From: Bacteroidota bacterium
GTDB taxonomy: Bacteria; Bacteroidota; Bacteroidia; Chitinophagales; Saprospiraceae
Assembly (NCBI GenBank): GCA_024743405.1
Contig: JANSWP010000032.1
Location: 1,831-65,830, forward strand
DNA: 64,000 nucleotides
Reading direction: 5' to 3'
Positions 28,639 through 38,910 of the stretch are shown in pieces. Under the pieces are notes generated by a model. The model was given only the letters and a program-made list of their open reading frames with translations. It was not told where the DNA came from and did no database searches. A program made the position numbers and the translations under genes. The number at the start of each line of letters is the position of its first letter. Position 1 is the first letter of the stretch.

Positions 28639-30483
28639 TTATTCTACTGTGACGGATTTAGCCAAATTTCTAGGCTGATCCACATTGCAACCACGCATAA
28701 CCGCGATGTGATAAGAAAGTAATTGCATTGGAATTACTGACAATAATGGAGTCAAGGGTTCCTCAGTTTCAGGAATTTCAATAGAATAGTCAGCAAGTTT
28801 ACTTATTTCTTTTTCACCTTCTGTTACGATTGCAATCACCATACCTTGTCTAGCCTTGACTTCCTGGACATTACTTACTATTTTTTCATAAGCACTTTGA
28901 TTCGTCGCGATGACAATCACAGGCATATTTTCATCAATCAAGGCAATCGGTCCATGTTTCATCTCTGCGGCAGGGTATCCTTCTGCGTGAATGTATGATA
29001 TCTCCTTAAGTTTTAAGGCACCTTCAAGTGCAACTGGGAAACTATAACCTCTACCCAAATAAAGAGCATTATTAGCGTTTTTGATCTCCCCAGAAATATA
29101 TTCAATTTGAGTATTACACTTTTCTAATACGCGAGCTACCTTATGAGGGATTTGCTCCATTTCTTGGGTCAATTTCTTGAAATACGACTCAGAAATAGTT
29201 CCTCTTTTTTGAGCAATCGAAAGAGCCATTAGAGTCAATAAAGTAACTTGCCCAGTAAATGCTTTTGTAGATGCAACTCCAATTTCCGGTCCTGCATGAA
29301 TATAAGAACCTGCATCTGTCAATCGTGCAATAGAAGAGCCTACTACATTTACAATACCATAAATCATAGCACCTTTTTGTTTAGCTAATTCTAAGGCTGC
29401 TAAGGTATCGGCAGTTTCACCTGATTGAGAAATAGCGATTACAACATCTTTATCAGTGATAACAGGGTTTCTATAACGGAATTCAGAAGCATATTCTACT
29501 TCCACCGGAATTCTAGCTAAATCTTCGAAAATGTATTCAGCAATTAATCCAGAGTGCCAAGACGTACCACAGGCAACAATAATTAATCGCTCTGCATCCT
29601 TGAATTTCTCTAAATTTTCTTCAATACCTCCTAGCTTTATCCAACTATCGACTGCATTCAATCTTCCCCTCATTGCATCTTGAATTGTAGTAGGTTGCTC
29701 GTGTATTTCTTTTAACATGAAATAATCGTAACCACCTTTTTCAAGTCGTTCGATTTGCATTTCTAATTCATGAATGAAAGGTGTTTGAATTTCATTAGCA
29801 CCAATTGTTCTTATTTCGAAGGTTCCATCCCTTCGAACGGTAGCAATTTCTTCATCATTTAAGTAGACTACTTTTTTAGTATGCTCAATTATTGGTGTTG
29901 CATCAGATGCCAAAAGGAATCCATTTTCATCAATGCCAATCACCAAAGGGCTTGCTTTTCTTGCCGCAACCAATTTATTAGGATCTTCCTTATCAAGTAC
30001 CACGATTGCGTATGCTCCCACAACTTTGGTTAACGCGACTCTGACAGCTTCTTCTAAAGTAAGTTTTTCCCTAGTTTGAATTTCTTCAATCAAATGAACT
30101 AAAACTTCAGTATCGGTTTCCGTATTGAATGTGTGACCTTCTACTTCAAGGGCTTTTTTGATTAAAGCATAATTTTCAATAATGCCATTATGTATAAGGG
30201 TCAATCTACCATTTCCAGAAATATGTGGATGAGCATTTACATCATCAGGCTTTCCGTGAGTAGCCCATCGAGTATGACCAATACCAATAGTTCCATCAAC
30301 ATTATTTTCACCGACAAAATCTATTAAATCACTTACTTTCCCTTTTCTTTTATAAATGTTTAATTTTCCGTTTAGCAAGGCAACTCCTGCACTATCGTAG
30401 CCACGATATTCTAGTCTTTGTAATCCTTTGATTAAAATTGGGTAGGCGTTTTTTTCGCCAATGTATGCTACTATTCCACACAT
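28639..30483 (-). CDS. glmS: glutamine--fructose-6-phosphate aminotransferase
   Basis: 614 aa. N-terminal MCGIVAYIG (Cys2 nucleophile), two SIS domains, C-terminal ..AKSVTVE. Confidence 0.95.
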   Translation of the reverse strand: MCGIVAYIGEKNAYPILIKGLQRLEYRGYDSAGVALLNGKLNIYKRKGKVSDLIDFVGENNVDGTIGIGHTRWATHGKPDDVNAHPHISGNGRLTLIHNGIIENYALIKKALEVEGHTFNTETDTEVLVHLIEEIQTREKLTLEEAVRVALTKVVGAYAIVVLDKEDPNKLVAARKASPLVIGIDENGFLLASDATPIIEHTKKVVYLNDEEIATVRRDGTFEIRTIGANEIQTPFIHELEMQIERLEKGGYDYFMLKEIHEQPTTIQDAMRGRLNAVDSWIKLGGIEENLEKFKDAERLIIVACGTSWHSGLIAEYIFEDLARIPVEVEYASEFRYRNPVITDKDVVIAISQSGETADTLAALELAKQKGAMIYGIVNVVGSSIARLTDAGSYIHAGPEIGVASTKAFTGQVTLLTLMALSIAQKRGTISESYFKKLTQEMEQIPHKVARVLEKCNTQIEYISGEIKNANNALYLGRGYSFPVALEGALKLKEISYIHAEGYPAAEMKHGPIALIDENMPVIVIATNQSAYEKIVSNVQEVKARQGMVIAIVTEGEKEISKLADYSIEIPETEEPLTPLLSVIPMQLLSYHIAVMRGCNVDQPRNLAKSVTVE

Positions 30484-30601
30484 AGTATTGTAGGTTTTAT
30501 GAATAAAAAATGGATTATAAATTTACATGTCCTAGAACATGTTTTTGTTTTTAAATATCAAAAAGGGACAAGCAAATAAATAAGATTCCTTCTGAAATGA
30601 T

Positions 30602-32014
30602 TTAGAGACGAGTGTAACTCAGGTTTAATTTTAATGGAAACTCTGAGTGACTTGCACCGCCAATAACTGTTCGAGAAGCTTTTGCAGACCTATTTAGAAC
30701 TAAAATTTTTATTTTATTGGAGACTCCTCCATTAAGCATCTCTTGAAATTGATTAGACATGTTAATATAGTATCGGTCACCATTTACGACTACACCTCCG
30801 AATGCAGTTATGAAAGTATTACCACTTCCAAGTGAGGCCGCGATATTTAAATCGTTAATTGGTCGAGTAGTACCATCTTCTAAAATCTCTTCTAAAGCGA
30901 GTTGAGAAATAGGATCAAATTCACCATCTCCCTCCAATTGGATTATTGGAAGTTCTAATTCAGCTTTATTGACCAAAATACTTCCTAAAGACTCAACGTA
31001 TGGGAATTCGAGTGTAGCCGTAACACCAGCCATTCCTTGGACAAAAATGATGCTATCTTCTTTTATTCCGTTGGTCAAGGCAGTTTCGATATCGGTACCA
31101 GAATAATTATGATCAAAATTCACCGTTTTTACGGTATTAGTAATATCAAAGTTTGTTGGAAATTGATAAATAGATTGAGTTGTATCTACGTGAAAATAAA
31201 CGAATATTCCTGCATTTGAGGAATTTAAGTTGAAACTCAACATGCCACCATTAGTAGAAGTAGCTTTTATATGAAATCCCTTGAAGAACTCCGAAAATAA
31301 AGTATCATTCTGGAAATTCAAAGTATCTGCATTAAAAAATGCATTAGAGTATGATTCATCAAGCCTAATTCGAAGGTGATTGGCTAGTATCGTATCTGAC
31401 AAAGATTCGCCCTGAGGCTGAACAGCAGGCACTAATGTTTTGGGTCGTGGCTCTAGGTTTTCTACTGTTGCAATTGGATTGGGTTTGACCGCAAATGATT
31501 GATCTGAGTAATAATCTTGATCAGAAGGCATTATCTCATCAATTTCGTAAACCTCCAAATTATACTTTTCTTGAAGGGTATCCCCATAAACTCCTAAAGA
31601 ATCCCAAGGAAGCACTAAAACTATTGAGTCTAAAGATACTTCATCCAAAAATTCTCCTTTGGCAAAATTAGGAACTATACTACTCAAAAGGCTTACTTGT
31701 GAATATATACTAGATTCTGAACGTCCAAAAATGGGATCATCAAAATTTCCAGCCAAATAGGCGGACAATCTAAAAGATGCGGGGGTCGAGCTAGAAGTAG
31801 AAAAGGTTATAACAGAATCAGCATCGCGGACCGTTTTACTAATAATGGTCAACGTATCTGTATAATCTAGATCTAATTGATCACCTTCCAATAAATCAGA
31901 CCCAATAGAGGTCGGATCATTACAGGCATTAAATAAACAAAATCCTGCCAATAGCACTATTAGTGCAAGAATTGAATTTTTCATTCGTCTTAAAACATTG
32001 ATTGGTTTAGACAA
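30602..32014 (-). CDS. DUF4270-like lipoprotein
   Basis: Signal peptide with lipobox (LFNAC). The 470-aa size and the position between glmS and the short glycogen synthase gene are as commonly seen in Bacteroidota. The family assignment is from memory, not from a search. Confidence 0.5.
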   Translation of the reverse strand: MSKPINVLRRMKNSILALIVLLAGFCLFNACNDPTSIGSDLLEGDQLDLDYTDTLTIISKTVRDADSVITFSTSSSTPASFRLSAYLAGNFDDPIFGRSESSIYSQVSLLSSIVPNFAKGEFLDEVSLDSIVLVLPWDSLGVYGDTLQEKYNLEVYEIDEIMPSDQDYYSDQSFAVKPNPIATVENLEPRPKTLVPAVQPQGESLSDTILANHLRIRLDESYSNAFFNADTLNFQNDTLFSEFFKGFHIKATSTNGGMLSFNLNSSNAGIFVYFHVDTTQSIYQFPTNFDITNTVKTVNFDHNYSGTDIETALTNGIKEDSIIFVQGMAGVTATLEFPYVESLGSILVNKAELELPIIQLEGDGEFDPISQLALEEILEDGTTRPINDLNIAASLGSGNTFITAFGGVVVNGDRYYINMSNQFQEMLNGGVSNKIKILVLNRSAKASRTVIGGASHSEFPLKLNLSYTRL

Positions 32015-32087
32015 TTACTTTCAAGAAGAGCTTGCAGTATCAAGTATTGAAGAATTTAGTGATGAAATAGCCCCTATTAACAAAAGG

Positions 32088-32124
32088 ATAGGTATCGGAG
32101 GGTTTTAAAACATCCGATACCTAT
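32088..32124 (-). terminator. hairpin after the glycogen-synthase-like gene
   Basis: ataggtatcgga / tccgatacctat is a 12-bp perfect stem with a 13-nt loop. Confidence 0.55.
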
Positions 32125-32161
32125 TCATATATTATCAATAGTTTGATTCAACTCTTTGAAA

Positions 32162-32989
32162 TTATCCTTCTACTTCCTGCTCTGCAAGGAGGGTATTATA
32201 AAACTCCAGGTAAGCTTTTAGATAGTCTTCTTCGCTTTGGTGTTCCAAGATTGGTTTATCCAAATTCTCGATAAGACCAGAAACAGAATCGCTTAAACTT
32301 TCACTTCCTTGAATAATTGCGTCTGAATAAGAGATTGCTCCCTTATGAAGGTTGACACCTTTTTCATTTTTATAGGCTCCTAAATCGTCTTCTTCAAGAT
32401 TATTGATAGAAGCTTTGGCATAAAAACCATCCGTAAAAGTTTCACCTAATGAATTATCATATAATGAATAGATAATCTTTGAGTGATGGAATAGAGGTTC
32501 TGTTTTATATGCTTCTCGAATATAAATTGGAATCAAGCTAGTCATCCAACCATGACAATGAATAATGTCAGGAGGCCAGCCAAATTTTTTCACAGTCTCA
32601 ATAACTCCCTTACAGAAAAAGACCATTCTATCTGCATTGTCTTCAAAAGGTTTGCCTTCGGCATTTTCGAAAACAGATTTGCGTCGAAAGAAATCTTCAT
32701 TGTCAAGAAAATATACTTGCATTCGCGCTCCTGGTAAGGAGGCAACTTTTATTATTAATGGAAAATCATCATCATCCACAATAATATTCATTCCCGATAA
32801 TCTGACCACCTCATGCAATCGATGTCGACGCTCGTTTATCGTTCCAAAACGAGGCATCAAAACTCGAATTTCCATTCCTTTTTCTTGAACGTATTGAGGT
32901 AGTTTCCTGGCGATTTCAGATATTTCGGAAAGGGCTGTGTAGGGTTGCATCTCTTGTGTTACAATCAGAACTTTCTTCTTGTCTGTCAT
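32162..32989 (-). CDS. short glycogen/starch synthase family protein (GT5 N-terminal domain only)
   Basis: 275 aa. KVLIVTQEMQPY...GWPPDIIHCHGWMTSLIP matches the starch-synthase catalytic-domain N-half. Confidence 0.75.
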   Translation of the reverse strand: MTDKKKVLIVTQEMQPYTALSEISEIARKLPQYVQEKGMEIRVLMPRFGTINERRHRLHEVVRLSGMNIIVDDDDFPLIIKVASLPGARMQVYFLDNEDFFRRKSVFENAEGKPFEDNADRMVFFCKGVIETVKKFGWPPDIIHCHGWMTSLIPIYIREAYKTEPLFHHSKIIYSLYDNSLGETFTDGFYAKASINNLEEDDLGAYKNEKGVNLHKGAISYSDAIIQGSESLSDSVSGLIENLDKPILEHQSEEDYLKAYLEFYNTLLAEQEVEG

Positions 32990-33339
32990 AGAACACTTTA
33001 TTGTTTATTATCAAATAACTATATCGCTAAAAAGGTGCACAAAGATAATAAAAAAAGAATGGGAATTTTAAAATAATTCGCAATGCATTTTTTAAAGACT
33101 TTTCGCTTCACCTTTTTTTAAGAGATTTTATCAAAAATCGAAACAATTATATTTGCCTCAAGTTCAATTCTATTCTAAAATAAAATAGCTTTGGACTTTT
33201 GATTAGACTTTTATTCTTTAATATCAGGTAGAGCATAAAAATGAGGGTTGTTTAACGAAGTATAACGGTAAACGACCACATAATTGCACACAAAATCATT
33301 CTGGAATAAAATCTATTAACCAAGGTAAACAAAACGATT

Positions 33340-34191
33340 GTGCTACTTTTCAAAAGAATTGCAGACCTAAAAAAATACCTACAGACCCAAAAATCGACTG
33401 GAAAATCTATTGGTTTTGCACCGACTATGGGTGCCCTACATGAAGGACACCTGTCATTGATTAAAAGAACGAAAGAAGAAAATGACTGCTCCGTTTGCAG
33501 TATTTTCGTCAATCCGACCCAATTTAATGAAGCTTCAGACCTGGAAAAATATCCTCAAACTCCCGAGAAAGACATTGATTTGCTAATCTCGGTTGGTTGT
33601 GATGTCCTTTTTATGCCAAATCCTGAGGAAGTTTATCCTAAAGGTCAGCTAAGCGACTTAAAATTAGACTTTGGAAATTTAGATAAAGTAATGGAAGGCG
33701 AACATCGACCAGGGCATTTTGAAGGAGTGGCTCAAGTAGTAAACCGACTTTTGGAAATTGTTGAACCAGATCGATTGTATATGGGACAAAAAGATTTTCA
33801 ACAATTTACCATCATTCAGAGAATGCTGGTATTGACAAATTCGAATACTTATTTGAGAGTTTGTCCGATTGTGCGAGAGGAGCATGGGTTAGCAATGAGC
33901 TCTCGAAATGTTCTCTTATCTCCAGTTTTGCGTAAAAGGGCCGCTTTGATTTATGAAACCTTGTCCGAGACCAAGGAAAATATGCATGCACTGTTTCCAA
34001 ATCAATTGAAAGCTATTGCTTTTGAAAAACTGAATGTTCCACATTTCAAACCTGAATATTTTGAAATAATAGAAGGACAAACTTTAATGCCTATTGAGGT
34101 TTTAGAGGATGTAGACTATGCGGTGGCGTGTGTGGCTGTGTGGGTAGATGGGGTTCGTTTGATAGATAATATTATTTTGAAAAAAGAATAA
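33340..34191 (+). CDS. panC: pantoate--beta-alanine ligase
   Basis: GTG start. GFAPTMGALHEGHLSLI (HIGH-like motif) and the FVNPTQF motif. 283 aa. Confidence 0.95.
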   Translation: MLLFKRIADLKKYLQTQKSTGKSIGFAPTMGALHEGHLSLIKRTKEENDCSVCSIFVNPTQFNEASDLEKYPQTPEKDIDLLISVGCDVLFMPNPEEVYPKGQLSDLKLDFGNLDKVMEGEHRPGHFEGVAQVVNRLLEIVEPDRLYMGQKDFQQFTIIQRMLVLTNSNTYLRVCPIVREEHGLAMSSRNVLLSPVLRKRAALIYETLSETKENMHALFPNQLKAIAFEKLNVPHFKPEYFEIIEGQTLMPIEVLEDVDYAVACVAVWVDGVRLIDNIILKKE

Positions 34192-34205
34192 TCAAAAACC
34201 AAAAT

Positions 34206-35060
34206 ATGTATAATTCTAAATTCATCTCAGGTTTTGAAGTGCCACTCCCCAAAATGACTGATGAGGTCAAAAAAAGTGCTTATCAAAAAGGTGAGCCCAT
34301 TCATCATTCTCGATTTTCTTTGGGGTTTAGTGAAAAGAGAAATTTTGCGATTTATACTGCTCATAATATAGATGGTGAAACCATCCTTCCTGAAGGGCAT
34401 TTCAAACGAAAAGACTCGTTTAAAAATGACCCAAAAATTCCTCGAAAACTACAGACCAATAATAATCGAGGATACAAAAAAAATCCTTGGGATAGAGGTC
34501 ATTTAGTCCGCCGAAGGGCTATGCATTGGGGGGATGAAACAGAAGCATTTGCAGCAGATCAAGAGTCGTTTTATTATTCGAATATTGCGCCTCAACATAA
34601 AAAATTACATCATTCAGCATGGGGAAATATTGAAGATTGGATGATGGATTTGGCAGATGAGCATAAAAAAAAGGCTTCAATTTTTACAGGTCCAATTTTT
34701 ACGAGTTCGGATCCTGAAAGAATAAATTTGGAAGGAGAAATTCCTATTCGAATTCCTTCTGGGTTTTGGAAAATTATGGCTATCAGTGTGGCATTTGAAT
34801 TGAGAGCAGCTGGATTCCTGGTTTGGCAACGAGATTTTGATAATCCAGAACCGTTAGGGTTTCAACCTTTTTTGGAGCAAGTTAGAATTACGACTATTGA
34901 GTATTTAACAGGTTTAAATTTTGGAAACCTCCGAAATTTAGACCCACTTCGATATGGTATTGAGTTGGGTGATGGAAGAGGCTTGGAATCTGATGCTCAA
35001 GCAACACCGATTAATCGTGCAGCTGTCATTACCAAGCCTTATGACATTTTTTTGTTTTAA
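34206..35060 (+). CDS. DNA/RNA non-specific endonuclease (beta-beta-alpha-Me, Serratia/NucA/EndoG family)
   Basis: The catalytic signature WDRGHLVRRR is followed by SNIAPQ and GNIEDW. No N-terminal signal peptide is visible. Confidence 0.8.
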   Translation: MYNSKFISGFEVPLPKMTDEVKKSAYQKGEPIHHSRFSLGFSEKRNFAIYTAHNIDGETILPEGHFKRKDSFKNDPKIPRKLQTNNNRGYKKNPWDRGHLVRRRAMHWGDETEAFAADQESFYYSNIAPQHKKLHHSAWGNIEDWMMDLADEHKKKASIFTGPIFTSSDPERINLEGEIPIRIPSGFWKIMAISVAFELRAAGFLVWQRDFDNPEPLGFQPFLEQVRITTIEYLTGLNFGNLRNLDPLRYGIELGDGRGLESDAQATPINRAAVITKPYDIFLF

Positions 35061-35072
35061 GAAAATGATTAT

Positions 35073-35846
35073 ATGGAGCTTTATCAATATCTCATTGCTA
35101 TTATCGGAGGGGCATTAGCTGGATGTATTAATACACTAGCCGGGAATGGATCAGCGATTACCTTAACGATTCTTACAGAAGTTTTAGGTTTGCCACCGAA
35201 TATGGCAAATGGAACCAATCGGGTAGGAGTGATGACTCAATCTGCTGCAGCAACGTATGCCTTTTACCGAAATGGTAGATTAGATTGGGAAAAGAGTAAA
35301 TTTTATATTGTTTTGACGGTCATAGGTGCCATTGCGGGCGTTTTAGTCGCTACATGGGTGAGCAATGAGCAGTTTAAGACTGTGTTTAGTTATATGATGA
35401 TTGTCATGCTTTTTGTGGTTCTAATCAAACCCAAAAGATGGCTTCGCGAAACAGATCTTTCTAGCACCCCTCGCTTATGGTTAACCATTCCGGCCTTTTT
35501 GTTTTTAGGTTTTTACGGTGGATTTATTCAAATGGGAATGGGCATTATTTTTCTTGCAATTATGGTATTAGGTGTCAAGTGGAGTTTGATCGATTCGAAT
35601 GTCATCAAGTCATTTATTGTGGTTGTTTATACAGTATTTGTAATTGCCATTTTTCAATGGAAAGGATTGATTGATTGGCAAATTGGAGCAATTTTAGCCA
35701 TTGGACAAACCGCCGGAGGATGGTTCACTGCCCAATTTGCTTCGAGATATGAAAAAGCTAATTTATGGGCTTATCGATTATTGGTGGTGGTCATGATTTT
35801 AGCAGTGATTAAGTTATTTAATTTACACACTTATTTTTTGAATTAA
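35073..35846 (+). CDS. TauE/SafE-family anion exporter
   Basis: 257 aa polytopic membrane protein with the duplicated 4-TM pattern and glycine-rich helices typical of TauE/SafE. Confidence 0.75.
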   Translation: MELYQYLIAIIGGALAGCINTLAGNGSAITLTILTEVLGLPPNMANGTNRVGVMTQSAAATYAFYRNGRLDWEKSKFYIVLTVIGAIAGVLVATWVSNEQFKTVFSYMMIVMLFVVLIKPKRWLRETDLSSTPRLWLTIPAFLFLGFYGGFIQMGMGIIFLAIMVLGVKWSLIDSNVIKSFIVVVYTVFVIAIFQWKGLIDWQIGAILAIGQTAGGWFTAQFASRYEKANLWAYRLLVVVMILAVIKLFNLHTYFLN

Positions 35847-35847
35847 G

Positions 35848-36483
35848 ATGAAGCATTGGGACTTGATTATTTTTGATTGTGATGGTGTTTTAGTAGATAG
35901 TGAACCCATTTCAAATGGGGTATTTGCAGAGATGGCTCGTGAATATGGAGCAAGAATTACCAATGAGGAGGCACTCAATTTATTTGCTGGAACGAATTTA
36001 GGTTTTTGTATGAAATACGTCGAAAAGCAAATTGGAAAGCGGTTGCCTAAAGATTTTGATCAACAGTATCGAAAAAAAAGTTTCGAAGCTTTTGAAAAAA
36101 AATTAAAGCCAGTTGAAGGTATCGAAATGGTTCTGAAGGATTTGAAATACCCATTCTGCGTTGCTTCTAATGGTCCCAAAAATAAAGTCGAATTCAATTT
36201 GAGCAATACAAACCTTTTATCATATTTCAACGGTAAAATCTTCAGCGCTTATGATTTAAAAGCATGGAAACCGGACCCTACGTTATTTCTGACTGCCGCC
36301 AAACATTTTAATGCTGAGCCTGAAAAATGTTTAGTTATTGAAGATAGTTTGGCCGGAGTGAGAGCGGGAATCGCTGCAAACATGACCGTATTAAGTTTTG
36401 CACATGGAAGAAATATTGAAATATTGAAAGATGCTGGGGCAAAAACCTTCCAAAAAATGGAAGAGTTAAAAGATTTAATCTAG
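35848..36483 (+). CDS. HAD-superfamily hydrolase (subfamily IA)
   Basis: Motif I is IIFDCDGVLVDSE. Downstream are VASNG and the EDSLAGVRAG motif. Confidence 0.85.
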   Translation: MKHWDLIIFDCDGVLVDSEPISNGVFAEMAREYGARITNEEALNLFAGTNLGFCMKYVEKQIGKRLPKDFDQQYRKKSFEAFEKKLKPVEGIEMVLKDLKYPFCVASNGPKNKVEFNLSNTNLLSYFNGKIFSAYDLKAWKPDPTLFLTAAKHFNAEPEKCLVIEDSLAGVRAGIAANMTVLSFAHGRNIEILKDAGAKTFQKMEELKDLI

Positions 36484-37389
36484 AAAATTTTCTATGGCTT
36501 CAAAGTAAGCATCAGGTTGTTCAATGAAGGGGAAATGTCCACAATTTTTCAATGAAACGAATTCAGAATTGGGCAAATTTTCATGAATTTTTTGTCCTGC
36601 CACTGCCGAAGACTCGTAATCTCCATAAATCACTAAGGTGGGCGTATTTATGTTTTTCAAATCTTCATGAAGATCATATTGTCCCATATCTGCGCCCAAA
36701 TATTGTAAAAGCTGATTATTTTGAACAAAACTTTCAGGGAAGGCCAAATCTAATTCGTTAGCTAGCGCTTCATTTGCGAATTCTTTTTTAAAGAACCACT
36801 TAAAAAACTGCTCGTAAGCCTTCGCATTATTTTGTTTAAAAGCCTCAGAAGAGATGATTTTTGCCCGTTCGGCTTTATCTGCTTCGGTTATTCTTTCGGC
36901 AAGTTTTTCAGATTCTTTGGCTCGTAGTTCTGAACTGGCCGGAGAAGAACTAGATAGGATTAAATTTTTCAAGCTGTCAGGATATTGCATGGCATATTGC
37001 ATGGCCAAAAGTCCTCCCCAAGAATGACCCATTAAGTTCATTTTTCCAATCTTGAAATGAGATCTTATTGCCTCAATATCAGTCAAAAAAGCATTTAAAT
37101 TTATGCCTGAAGAGTCTAAGTCATTTGAACTTTTACCACTAGCGCGTTGGTCATAAAAAATTAGTGTATGTTCTTTTGCCAAACCCTCCATATGAGGAAG
37201 GAAATAACTATGACCTAATCCCGGTCCACCATGAACAATGACAATGGGTTCCCCTTCGCCAACAACTTTACAATATAATTCTGTTCCATTGAGGGGAATG
37301 ACTCCATCCTGGTTTTCGACTTGTATGAAATAATCATTTTGGCACGAAAAAAAGAGGGTGATTAAGAAAAGATAGGTAAGTACACGCAT
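36475..37389 (-). CDS. alpha/beta hydrolase lipoprotein (proline-iminopeptidase-like)
   Basis: I chose the ATG at 37389, which gives the lipobox LFFSC. HGGPG oxyanion motif. GHSWGG nucleophile elbow. C-terminal CGHFPF. Confidence 0.8.
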   Translation of the reverse strand: MRVLTYLFLITLFFSCQNDYFIQVENQDGVIPLNGTELYCKVVGEGEPIVIVHGGPGLGHSYFLPHMEGLAKEHTLIFYDQRASGKSSNDLDSSGINLNAFLTDIEAIRSHFKIGKMNLMGHSWGGLLAMQYAMQYPDSLKNLILSSSSPASSELRAKESEKLAERITEADKAERAKIISSEAFKQNNAKAYEQFFKWFFKKEFANEALANELDLAFPESFVQNNQLLQYLGADMGQYDLHEDLKNINTPTLVIYGDYESSAVAGQKIHENLPNSEFVSLKNCGHFPFIEQPDAYFEAIENFLD

Positions 37390-37494
37390 ATTTTGTTTTT
37401 TATTGAATTTAGGTTTTATCAGCAAAATTTATGCTGGATTGAAAATGGAAAGGAGGGAACTGCTTACATAAGGCTTAGATTGAGCGAAAATCCG

Positions 37495-37502
37495 TAATTT
37501 TG
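37495..37502 (+). promoter_or_regulatory. candidate -7 box (TAATTTTG) for mtaB
   Basis: Matches TAnnTTTG, 22 nt before the ATG. Confidence 0.4.
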
Positions 37503-37523
37503 CGCAAAATCTGAAGAAAAATA

Positions 37524-38876
37524 ATGGCAACACCAAAAACAGTTTCCTTTTATACTCTTGGCTGTAAACTCAATTATTCCGAAACTTCTTCAATAGGGAG
37601 GTTATTCGAAGATGCTGGCTATCAAGAAATTAAGTTTAGCGAGGGCGCTAACATTTATGTAATAAATACCTGTTCTGTAACTGACTTCGCAGACCGAAAA
37701 TGTCGGAAAATTGTACGCCAGGCCTTGCGATATTCACCCAATGCATTTGTGGTAGTTATTGGTTGTTATGCCCAACTAAAGCCTAAAGAAATATCAGAAA
37801 TTTCTGGTGTGGATCTGGTTTTGGGAGCTGCAGAGAAATTTCGTATTCTAGAATATATTGATGATTTATCGAAAGCAACAGATAAAGGAATGGTACGGGC
37901 AGGAGAGGTTCAGGAAGCCAAAAATTTTGTCAATGCATTTTCTTTTGGTGACCGAACTCGATCGTTTTTAAAGGTTCAGGATGGCTGTGATTACAAATGT
38001 ACTTTTTGTACGATACCATTGGCAAGAGGAAAAAGCAGAAGTGATACGGTTGGAAATGTAGTGGAAAATGCCCGAAAGATTGCAGAGATGGGCGTTAAAG
38101 AAATTGTTTTGACAGGTGTAAATATTGGTGATTTTGGAAATGGTACAGAGGTGATAGAAGGTACTCGACCAAAAAAAGATGCCATGTTCATAGATCTCAT
38201 TCGAGCATTGGATGAGGTAGAAGGAATTTCGCGTTTTCGGATTAGTTCTATTGAGCCTAATTTATGTACTGATGAGGTCATTGAATTTGTAGCTCAATCA
38301 AAGCGCTTTGTTCCTCATTTTCATATGCCTTTACAAAGTGGCAACAACAAACAACTTCGAGCCATGCGGCGGCGATATAAACGCGAATTATACGCTCAAA
38401 GAGTAGCAAAAATTAAAGAATTGATGCCGCATTGTTGTATTGGCGTAGATGCGATTGTAGGTTTCCCAAATGAGACAGAAGAAGATTTTTTAGAGACTTA
38501 TCAATTTATTAATGAATTAGATATCAGTTATTTACATGTTTTTACTTATTCGGAAAGACCGAATACAGCTGCTGCAGAAATGCCAAATCCTGTTTCTATT
38601 GAAGACCGCCGAAAGCGTAATAAAATGCTCACGATCCTTTCAGAAAAGAAACGTCGGTTTTTTTATGAAAACCATTTGAATGAAGTACGACCTGTTCTTT
38701 TTGAAAAAGCAAAAGAAAGGGGACTGATGTCTGGCTTTACAGATAATTATATCAAAGTTGAGGTGCCAATAAAAGAATCCTTTTTGAACCAAATTCGTCC
38801 AGTAAAATTGTTGGAGATAGGAGATAATGGGCAAGTGAAAATTGAGCTAAAAGAGGTAACTGAAATGGTAGGATAA
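37524..38876 (+). CDS. mtaB: tRNA t6A37 methylthiotransferase
   Basis: The UPF0004 N-domain (YTLGCKLNYSE, NTCSVT), the radical-SAM CDYKCTFC cluster and a TRAM-like end fit a MiaB-family enzyme of the MtaB type. Confidence 0.85.
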   Translation: MATPKTVSFYTLGCKLNYSETSSIGRLFEDAGYQEIKFSEGANIYVINTCSVTDFADRKCRKIVRQALRYSPNAFVVVIGCYAQLKPKEISEISGVDLVLGAAEKFRILEYIDDLSKATDKGMVRAGEVQEAKNFVNAFSFGDRTRSFLKVQDGCDYKCTFCTIPLARGKSRSDTVGNVVENARKIAEMGVKEIVLTGVNIGDFGNGTEVIEGTRPKKDAMFIDLIRALDEVEGISRFRISSIEPNLCTDEVIEFVAQSKRFVPHFHMPLQSGNNKQLRAMRRRYKRELYAQRVAKIKELMPHCCIGVDAIVGFPNETEEDFLETYQFINELDISYLHVFTYSERPNTAAAEMPNPVSIEDRRKRNKMLTILSEKKRRFFYENHLNEVRPVLFEKAKERGLMSGFTDNYIKVEVPIKESFLNQIRPVKLLEIGDNGQVKIELKEVTEMVG

Positions 38877-38910
38877 TGAGTGAAGAGGATCTAGATTCTT
38901 CACTCATTAT
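38873..38910 (+). terminator. hairpin overlapping the mtaB stop codon
   Basis: ataatgagtgaaga / tcttcactcattat is a 14-bp perfect stem with a 10-nt loop. Confidence 0.65.

Noticed and set aside
33148-33155. TATATTTG box as the panC promoter
   Set aside because: It matches TAnnTTTG but lies 185 nt upstream of the well-supported panC start. I cannot tell whether it serves panC, so I did not list it as a feature.
34665-34672. A8 homopolymer in the nuclease gene as a phase-variation tract
   Set aside because: It simply encodes HKKK within an intact frame. Eight residues is short for slipped-strand switching, and one sequence cannot show length variation.
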